From Tubiluchus corallicola (lineage: Eukaryota; Animalia; Priapulida), in contig JAQGDQ010000198.1 in assembly GCA_030141605.1 (NCBI GenBank), positions 248,001-312,000 on the forward strand: a stretch of DNA of 64,000 bases, in the 5' to 3' direction. The translations under genes and the position numbers were made by a program. Positions 54,399 to 64,000 of the stretch are shown in pieces (the first letter of the stretch is position 1; every line of letters starts with the position of its first letter). The notes beneath the pieces are model-generated. The model was not told where the DNA came from and made no database searches. It worked only from the letters and a program-made list of their open reading frames with translations.

Positions 54399-56532
54399 AT
54401 GAATTTTTTTGCACTTGTGACGTGTCTGTGTTTGGTGATACTGGATGCTTTCTATAGCTTTGGAAGCAGTGATCAGTTTGACCACCGTAAGCATTAAATC
54501 CATCTGTCTGCTGTACGTTGATATCAGTGGCGATTCCTAATTAAAATCAGTGGGGTACTGCTTCAGAATTGTTTTAATACTGGGTAGAATGAAACAAACA
54601 TACATAATTTTAATGTTATAATTTGTAATTGTAATTTTAAACAAACAAACATACAAAAATTTATACATAAACTTGATAAAATCCTAAACCGAATTTTTGC
54701 TTATGAATAGCCTAAATTCAAGAATATGCTGGTACACGATTTTTAAGCATGTGACAACTGACAACAAACTGTGTGAGCGACAGCACTTTCTCTACCTTGC
54801 AACAGACGCTGGTAGTGCAACGTACAACATGTTAGACATGTGCACGTGACCGCACAACGGCCAAAAACACCACATGCTGAGCTGTGAAGCAAACAGTACT
54901 ACCCTCACGTGCTCTAATCCCGTACAAGTATAAAGAAAGATCTAAAGAAAAAAGACTTATTATATTGAATATTATCGATAACATTGAATAAAAATAGGGA
55001 TTGCTTCAGTCCCACAGTACCTATACACGAGCCGCCACTGGTTGAGACACTGATTTAAATTTTATTTGTTTCACAAGTTGCCCATGAACCGACACACTAG
55101 CACCATGTCTATGTAAGTTTAACATTAGTTCCATAAGAAAGCTGCTGTAGAAAGCTAAGATTCAATTGCAGTTTGCCGGTAATGAATTTAAATAATCAAA
55201 ACTGAATCCTGAAGAATCACATTAATTTAAATAAAAATTAAGTTTAATAGAAAGAAAAGTGTAAATGAAACAAAAATAAACTTACATTTAGAATAAATCT
55301 TGGAGAAAGGCCAGTTAGGCAGGGATTGCCCTCAAAAAGGAACATTTTAGGTCATATTTTAATTGCGTAAGAAAATTCATCTTCATGCAAAAGTCTTCAT
55401 ACAAAATTAATGTGGTTATTTAAGATATATTTCCAGTTTTTCCTAAACAAATACAGTAAACAGATTAAATCGAATACTAATAAAATGTCGCTTTACCATT
55501 TCTTATCAAACTGACAAAATTTACGTTTCTCTTTTGAAAATCTTAAATTGTCAAATAAAAAGTTTAATTTTGCTGATAAGGCAATTTATATCAGGCCTAG
55601 GCCTAACTATTGGAAAATTAATGAGGTTATAAAGGCATTTATCTATAAATATTTTGAATATTGCAATATTTTGTACCTATGTTCCCACATTTGATGGATT
55701 AAAAAATTGCAAGACAGCCTGTTAGCTAAAATAATTAATAATTAATTAAGCAATAAATAATAATGACTATTAATAGATAATTACAGGACACTTTATTATA
55801 TTTCACTTGTTTTAAGTTAGTTGCTTAACATTTTTAACACTAATGATATAGGAGCTATGAAAGTTATTTGCCCTATTCATAACTACTGTAATAGTAATGC
55901 ATGGCTTGCTGTATGTTACTTGAAAATTTCTGGTGAGTAAAAAGTAAGTTTACACTTTGAACACTTACGAGACACTTGTGTGTCTTTTGTATTGAAATAT
56001 TCTCACTGGAATAATTAATAATAGGCTAAATAGTAACACCAGCTGTCAATCTAGCTTTGCACCATCCTGTAGTTAATGTCATTTTGATTTAAATTTGTTG
56101 TATAATTACATGCACTGAATAGTAACGACTATTCTACCAACAAACATCATACATTAAACAACAACAAGCAACTAGCAAAAGCTGCCAAAGACTGTATGAT
56201 CAGGATAAAAAACATTTCACTTAGAGTAAAAAAGCCATGACTGAAACAGTTAAAAATTAAAAATTAGATTTGAAAACATTTGATTAATAAGAAATTGATC
56301 ACGAGAATGCTTTTCTCTAGCATGTTTCATGCCAGCAGACCCAGGCCCGTGCAAATGTCGCATCTTTAGATGGTTCTACAACAAGGACAGTGGATACTGT
56401 GAAGAATTTTTTTACGGAGGTTGCAGTGGAAACGCAAACAACTTTCAAACAAAGCATGAATGTTGTCAGGCATGTTGTCACGCTAGTCGTGCCAGCAGAG
56501 GCCCTATGCATTACTTTCACAGATGGTTATGA
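54399..56532 (+). CDS. Secreted single-domain Kunitz/BPTI inhibitor 3 (exons 54399-54486, 56321-56532)
   Basis: MNFFALVTCLCLVILDAFYS.., phase-1 intron, then PCFMPADPGPCKCRIFRWFYNKDSGYCEEFFYGGCSGNANNFQTKHECCQACCHASRASRGPMHYFHRWL*. Confidence 0.92.
54525..55040. mobile_element. hAT-type MITE in the intron of Kunitz gene 3
   Basis: TIRs cagtggcgattc and gagccgccactg. 8-bp flanks gttgatat/gttgagac (6 of 8 match). Confidence 0.75.
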
Positions 56533-57669
56533 TTTATGGCAAATTTCATTATCATAATTATGATATATAAGATGAAGATTGTTGCAAACTGCCTAAGCTA
56601 TAAATGTACGATGTAGAATGCATCCAGGCTGTGCGTAACATCAATGCAAACCATGCTTATCACGTTAAAATGCAGTCATACATGAACTGCGTTTGAAATC
56701 CATGTTAGATGCTTTCGGCAAGTTAGTAAGAATTCTGCACATTCTGCAATAAATATTGAAAAATAAACAGATGTTTCCTAAATGTATGTGCATTCGTCGT
56801 GTCACATTATTTTAGTGCATATACAAAACTTTCCAATATCAAAATACAGTAATATGAAAGCCACTATACGTTATAATTAAGTATACGGCTTTGTGTCTGT
56901 AATTATATTTTCAACATTAATAAATATTAAGCATAAAAATTACTCTTCTCCTGTGAGCAATTCATGCACTACGTCGTGTATTATAATAAACTGAGTGGGT
57001 AAAATGGATGTTGCAGTTTTGTTGTCAAGAGAATTCGTAACAAAAACTTTGGGTAAGGTGACGGGTTTAGGCTTTGCTACACTAGAAAGCACTTCAACAT
57101 ATAAATATATATCATTTTTTCACATAACATGTTTCGTAAGCAGCCCATTATATAATTATTTTATTAAAATTTTATTAGAAAAATTCAACCTCTGAACTGC
57201 ACACTAGAATTTCTAAAAAACGAATAGTAAAATATATTATGTAGTGTGTTGTTTATGAAACAGATGTTGGTCTTTTTATACAGAATTTAAAAACTTTATT
57301 TGAATATCATGTCTTTAATTTTCAATATCTCTTGCGTTCAGAGCGATATTGTAAAAATCTAAATACTCTAAGATAAAATGACGTCCTAACAGCTATAATG
57401 ACAAAGATGGCAGCTGCTGCTACGGCAATAGCAACGGTTACTGTTCCAGTGACAATATACTATGCATTTCTATCTTTTCTGATATCACGATATCTCTCTG
57501 GCGGCTTGGTTTGGTCTGCTTCTTTCTCAGTGTCTTAGCATTGGTTCAAGAGCTTTTTCAAGCACTTATGTAGTTTCGTGATGTCAGAAACTTGGTCAAA
57601 TGGTACTGACTTCTTGAATGTTTTGATAAATTAACCTTTCTGGAAAAGTGTGATCGCTCAGCCCAATAG

Positions 57670-57819
<150 letters not shown>

Positions 57820-59426
57820 CAGATTTATTCTCCATAATAAATGACATGTTTTTCTATAACAGATGTATCTTTGCAATTAACAAAAATTTAAGGAACATTT
57901 TTAATTACAATGACGTGCACCGTGTCAGATTAAATGTTTCAATGATCATAAAAACTATTGTTGCATATTCACAAAGTACGTGAATTTTTAAAAGTATACT
58001 CGCGTACATAGCAGACATTCTACAAATTTATATATTCTTAACAACACAGTGCATAAGATCGGGGAGCCTACAATTTTCAATTTTGCATAATTTTCGTTTA
58101 ACATCAGCAAACTCTTGGGCATTTGCTAATATTGAACAGCTTTACAGTGCACATTACTGAATAGATTTGCAAACAATATAGACGGCTTTTTGACGTTGAA
58201 AGACTTGCCCGGGTGTTTTAGCAAAGATTATTTAAAACATAAAAACTTTGTGTCAAATAAAACAAGCTGCTAAATACTGCAAAAGATTCTATCTAGAGAT
58301 TCAAAATCCATTTCGCTCTTGAAAAAAAGAAAGCAAAATGTTCCATGTTCAGACTGACTTATATAAAATGACTGAGTAATCTAATTTTGTTTGCCTTATA
58401 GACACAGCGATATGTGTGGAATTCATTCAGCCTTTACAATCTTTTGATCGATTTGAAAACTGACATTCTGACTTGCAGAGATTTTGACCAGGCTCCCGTA
58501 ATTTCACAAAATCAACGAAAAATGTTGCGTTGACCGCTTTTTCCAATTAGACACATGTAGATCTACTCACATACAAATGTCGAAGACTGCACGTGTGTCG
58601 CACATTTCAATTGCGATTCCTAATTTGAAGTAGTACTAAAATAATTGAATATGTGCTGCCACCTATATTTATAATAATTCATTACTGAAATGAGTGAAGT
58701 TTAATCCAGGTTGTGGCCTTGGTCAGTGCTCCTCAGTCACCTGTACCAGCTGGGCTACCCATATATGGTAGTGTTGATTGTTAGTGTGTTTTACTAGCCA
58801 ACCAGGTAAGCTCAGTGGGTGCATGTGACTTGGGTAGCTCTGCCAAGGCCAGCTGGGTTTTTTCTTCTTGACCATTGATGTTCAATGGTCACAATGTGTC
58901 TTTTTTCCTGTAAATAATAGTCTAATATGTAAATAGAAATAAAGTGTTTCACAGTTCAACATAATTTCATATTCCTTGTTTCATTAACCAAAGTGTACCA
59001 GTCTACAACAGTCTACATTAACTTCAGTCTAATATACTTTAAACTCCTTACGAATTCAATCCTTCAATGTTGCCTGTTATAAAGTTTCTACAACGTGGAA
59101 GCTGGGTTTCTTTACGCAAGCTGTAATTAGGGCACGCCAAGTTGGCAAGCTTGACGAGTCTTCTAGGAGAGGTCATCGAATGTAGTTAAACCAAATGCTT
59201 GAACTTGGACGTGCATCTACTGTTGAAAAACTAGTAATCGATTGCGTCGTCATTTAATTCTGCTGCAGTTGACATTTGGAACAATGAAACGACCAGGAAA
59301 GGCCAATCAGCAACGAGAGTGCATCTCATAATGACCAATCAGTTGTTTTAACTGGTATAGCTGCTCCAGTTCCTCATAAGTTTACTCACAGGCAGCACGG
59401 TAAACGCGTATGTAGAGTATACTTAA

Positions 59427-60041
59427 AGGAAGATAGGATGATTTTTCATATACTACCCAATTTTCAAATTCGATAAAAAGTATACATTTTAACGCAATTA
59501 ATACTGCAAAAGCGTTTCTGATAATTAAGTAATAGATTAAAAACTTATTTAACGGCCGGCAAGCCCAACTATTCATGACATCACAAACTAACATAATTTA
59601 CAACAGCAAAATATTCCACGAGCGTGTTGGACGTTTTTGCGAAAGAAAACATTGAAGTACAGTGCTACTGTAAGATATTCAGTGTGTTGTACAAAAACTA
59701 GGTAAATTTTAAGAAAAAAAATCAAATTTCAAATCTACCGCTGTGCTCACGCATGAGCTGTAGGGCGTGTGCAGCTCATCATAAACTAATACATCCAAAC
59801 TGAGACGTACAGCACCTGTTTTTGAGCAATGCGTTTCCGAAATGCAGGCGCTAGTGGCCGTCTAACTAGCGAATAGCGAACTGCATGTAACATCGAAGAA
59901 CTAGTGGCGCGAATGCGACATTGTGTTTGTGTGGTAATAATTATTTCACGTAAGTCATTTTTGAAAAAATGATGTTTTCTTTCAATATTTATAAGGGCAG
60001 GTTTTTTTGACTTACAGTTTTAGTTTTCGTTAGATTTTGCT
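59427..60041 (+). mobile_element. TTAA-flanked MITE (Kolobok-like), complete copy C
   Basis: TTAA|AGGAAGATAGGA...AGATTTTGCT|TTAA, with TTAA at 59423-59426 and 60042-60045 and imperfect AG..CT termini. Confidence 0.8.
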
Positions 60042-60085
60042 TTAAAATGGAATATTAGTGTTTACATAAGTTTTCTAAATTGGAC

Positions 60086-60231
60086 ATGTCGTCAATAGTT
60101 GGGCTTGTCCGCCGTTAATTCAGTGTTTAATCTATTATTTAATTATCAGAAACGCTTTTGCAGTATTAATTGCGTAAAAAAATGAATTATTTTTATGGCA
60201 CTTGAAAACTGGGTAATCATCCAGTCTTCCT
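60086..60231 (-). mobile_element. Same MITE family, terminal fragment D
   Basis: Ends aatcatccagtcttcct|TTAA and is the reverse complement of the start of copy C. Confidence 0.7.
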
Positions 60232-61451
60232 TTAAAAGGCACTGAGGTGTAGTATAAAATTACGATAGAAACTATAATGTCACTAACCCTTTAAGACTGA
60301 GGTGCAAAAACCATTTAATCTCATCCGACTGTGTTCATCGTTTAACGTTGTAAAAACCAACGTGCTTTGCTTACAGATCTTGTCATTTGAATCGCTTCTA
60401 ATATGACTGTGTATAGACAGGTTTTGGTTACTTCTTTCTTACAAAAAATGTGCTACAACCTCGTATCCTGTTTGGGGCTGCTTCTGCCTCGGGTCGAAAA
60501 TGCTGGAATTTTAATGTTGTAAGCAAGAAAAAGAAGTCATACAGGAATAAAATTAACTCCCTTTCATTCTTGTGAACCTTTGTCGCATAGAGATAAGAGT
60601 TTGAGTTTGAGGTGAGCAGGAGAGATCAGCTCATAATAGCTGACATCCAACTGGGCAGATTAAACAGGTCCTCTGACCAGTCTACAAGTGTGTATGGTCT
60701 TTGTTATTCCGTATCCGTCTGAAAGCGTGGCGTGGGCTGTCTCATGACCTCAAGGATCACACGATATTTTCTCATTTCCATTCTCGCCTCGATGGCCTTG
60801 AGGAACAACACCTCTTCTTAATCTCGCCCACTGGACAACACGGTCTAGGAGTTGCCTATTTAAATCAAACATCGACTGGACTTTTGTGCAAATACACGCC
60901 GTGCGTATCTCGAAGAGGAAAACTTTTGAAGTTTTGCATTCCTGAGAAATTTGCACGAATTATTTGTAAGTAACATACTTTTATGTTTTTACATTCATAA
61001 TTCCAATCAGAAATTGCATATTATCATCCAACCATAATTATATATAGTTGTAGAGTCTACAATAGTTGTAGTTCTACATATAGGCTGTAGAGCGCATGCG
61101 CAAAAGAGTGCTAATAGCACGCGCTGACGTCAGGATAACGATTAGGGCCATTTAATGAATTTAATGCGGTTGCAGTTTTGATTTAATTTTTGATCTTTAA
61201 TAATTTTCTTTCTATTTTTATTTTTTATTCTGCTGACAACGGGCATTTCATTAAAGTTTGAAATTAATTTAGTCGCTTCAAGATGTGAATTTTCGCTATA
61301 TAAAAACTGATTTTTATTTCGAATTAAGAATGAGTAGCTCTCTTATAGCGTTTTGCAGAAATTAAAAAAGTTATTGGTTTAAAAATATAAATCAGCTGAG
61401 ATGCACATTTGCATGTTTGCTTTTATAAGTAGCTAAAAGTTGCAGACGTAA

Positions 61452-62131
61452 AGAAAGACAGGATGGTTTTTCATATACTAACCCATTTCAAGTCCGATAA
61501 AAGTATACAGTTTAACACAATTAATATTGCAAAAGTGTTTCTGATAACTAAGTAATAGCTTAAAAACTTAATTAACAAACTAACATAATTTTTAACAGCA
61601 AAAACATTCCGTGGGCGTGTTGCACGTCTTTGCGAAAGTGAAAATTGAAGTACCGTGCTACTAAGATGTTCAGTGTGTTGTACTAAAACTAGACAAGTTT
61701 TAAGATAAAAATTTAAATTTCAAATATACCGCTGTTATAGTGCTACTAAGATATTCAATGTGTTGTACTAAAACTAGACAAGTTTTAAGATAAAAATTCA
61801 AATTTCAAATTTACCATTGTGCTCACGCATGAGCTGTCGAACAGGGCGCAGTTCGTCACAAACTAACACATCTCAACTGAGAGGTACAGCACCTGTTTTT
61901 TTGTGCATTGCGTTTCCAAAATGCAGGCGCTAGTGCCCGTCTAACTAGCGGATGGCAAAATGCACGTAATAGTGAAGAACTAGTGGCGCGAACGCGGATT
62001 TGTGTTTTTGTGGTAATAATTTTTTCACGTAAGTAATTTTAGAAAAAATAGTTTGTTTCCTTTCAATAGTTTAAAGAGTAGATTGCTTTGACCTTCAGTT
62101 TAAGATTTTGCAAACCCGGTCTGATTTTGCT
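61452..62131 (+). mobile_element. Same MITE family, copy E with an internal ~80-bp duplication
   Basis: agaaagacaggatg...ctgattttgct|TTAA. The segment gtgctactaagat..aatttcaaat is repeated. Confidence 0.8.
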
Positions 62132-62568
62132 TTAAATATCAAAATCATGATTCCAGGTAACATGCAGGATGTTTACAGGAATATGAAATTTAATTTTCTG
62201 GCCTCACAGTAACGTTCCACTAACGCATTCTTCAACTTTTAAGTTAGAAACTCGTTTAGCATTGGGAAAATCAGATTTGGTCTGAAATCGATAATCCAGC
62301 TTAAATATTTAGACGGATTATAATATGGGTAAGAATAAACAGAACTAATTATTACTAAATGAGAAACAAACGAGTGAGGCAGTATGTTCTAGTAAACAAA
62401 CACCTATGTTGTAGTAAGCAAGTAAACAAACAACTTTGTTTGTTTCAGCCTTGAGATAGTGTTTATAACTACGTTTTGCGCAACAAGATGTGTACTTTTA
62501 TTATATATTTCCTTTTATATTTTATGATAATTCGTTTTACTGTCAATTTCAGGTAACAAAGTGCAACC

Positions 62569-62604
62569 ATGAGGGCTGCTGTAGTTTGTCTACTGCTATT
62601 GGTG
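62569..62604 (+). CDS. First coding exon (signal peptide) of a probable paralog of the Tyr/Asp-rich gene
   Basis: ttcAG acceptor, ccATG, 12 codons MRAAVVCLLLLV and a phase-0 GTGAGT donor. This is the same architecture as MKTAILCILLIA|GTGAGC. The rest of the gene probably lies beyond the window. Confidence 0.6.
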
Positions 62605-62699
62605 GTGAGTAATTTGTTTGTTAATTAGGTTAAGATCATCTTCAATTATCTATTGAAACTTGCTTCACTTGACCACATTATGTTTATCAGCAAATAAGG

Positions 62700-62742
62700 A
62701 GAAGGCGGCGGGTTCAATTCCCGCACTAGCATGGGTTTTTTT
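62700..62742 (+). other. tRNA-derived fragment (T-arm/B-box plus T-run), probable SINE remnant
   Basis: GCGGG-TTCAATT-CCCGC stem-loop at 62708-62724, then a T run. No 5' half is recognisable. Confidence 0.45.
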
Positions 62743-63320
62743 GTTTCAAATAGTTAAAAAAACGTTGAGCAAAACCTGTCGTAATTAGAACCATAAATAG
62801 TAGTGAGAAACTTCTTTCTAAATTCGTTGTCTCAATAAGCCTTCTTGCAGTTCCAGCGATTGCTCGTGATCTTGAAAATGTCAAAGGTTAAGTGTAGCAG
62901 ACAACGAATCTGTGTACACTTGACAATTGCTATTGTAATAGTAACAGTTTCAACAGTTCGCTAGAACCTTACCTAGTTCATTTTTTGTTCCCAAGCAAGA
63001 TAATATATGCAGACTAATGCATAATTAAGTAATGTCCATGTAAAACATCCGAAATTATTGAACTGATGCGGCAGACGGCTTTCCTTTGCACACATGTCAC
63101 GCAACGGTAGTAGTTAAAATGATGCTGTGGTGCACTTAACCTCTGACCTGCAGCAACTGCGCGTGTGGACAACGAAACTGTGAAAAGGCTTATTGGTTTT
63201 AAACAGCTTCACACATTTTGTCATGTCATGTCTACAAATTTTATATTGTAATGCAATGTCTCCTATATGTCTTTTGACTTTACGTGTTTACTGCTATGGT
63301 GTGACTTTTTATTAAGACCC

Positions 63321-63443
<123 letters not shown>

Positions 63444-64000
63444 TGACTAATTTTCACCGATCGGTGTACTTTTGTAGAAACTTTTAGTGACAAAATGCAT
63501 TCGCAGTATTTAGTTTAAAAAAACTTTAGATGATTTTTATATGAATTGCTTTCAAACAAGCCGACTGTTACTCGGTGCATGGAGTTACGATGGAAAGTAA
63601 AAAATTAATTTGCTAATGAGAGAGGATACCACTTGATGTTTTTTATGAATCCACTTAAGTTGTGGTTTTCAGGAAAACAATTCCCTTGTATGTGTTCCAC
63701 TTATAAGAAGACCGAAGGAAAAGTCCAGTGTGAGTTCATGAGTGCTCTGTAGCAGAAAACTATAAACAGACTGTCGACATTTGGAAACCAACAGGGAGCT
63801 CGAGAGCTTCTTCCTAGGAGTACCCATAAAAGAGGCTCAATGCAAGCAAAGACCTTCAGTGAACGAGTGGCTCCCTCGGGGTTGACTTCAAATTAAACCC
63901 AAACATAATAACAATACACTTTTGAAACTTATTAGGGTAGGGGTACACTTTTGAAACTTATTAGGGTAGGGGTTATTAAGTTAAAAAGCTGAATCACTAG

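Overview
AT-rich, intron-containing animal genomic DNA, probably from an invertebrate; the organism cannot be fixed from sequence. Host genes: the last two coding exons of GINS4/Sld5 (6411-7247), a PP1 glycogen-targeting subunit of the PPP1R3B/C family (12234-13112) with a TATA promoter and a uORF-rich leader, and a secretory cluster from about 39.4 kb to the window end. The cluster holds a spliced 355-aa Tyr/Arg/His- and poly-Asp block protein (45619-48481), a broken paralogous exon (39464-39610), the signal-peptide exon of a probable third paralog (62569), and three two-exon single-domain Kunitz inhibitors that all carry an extra CCxxCC cysteine pair. Mobile elements: a full-length, frameshifted Ty3/Gypsy LTR element (18110-22420, minus strand) whose PBS is complementary to its own LTR (Tf1-type self-priming) and whose RT motif reads YLDN; a degenerate intron-containing Dada-type DNA transposon (about 33.8-39.46 kb) whose right end mimics the U6 ACAGAGAAGA box and carries a tRNA-like T-arm, yet abuts a protein-coding exon; and Tc1/mariner, hAT, Kolobok-like and HINE-like non-autonomous elements, a 103-bp minisatellite and microsatellites. 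Family assignments rest on recalled motifs and hand translation, not on database searches.
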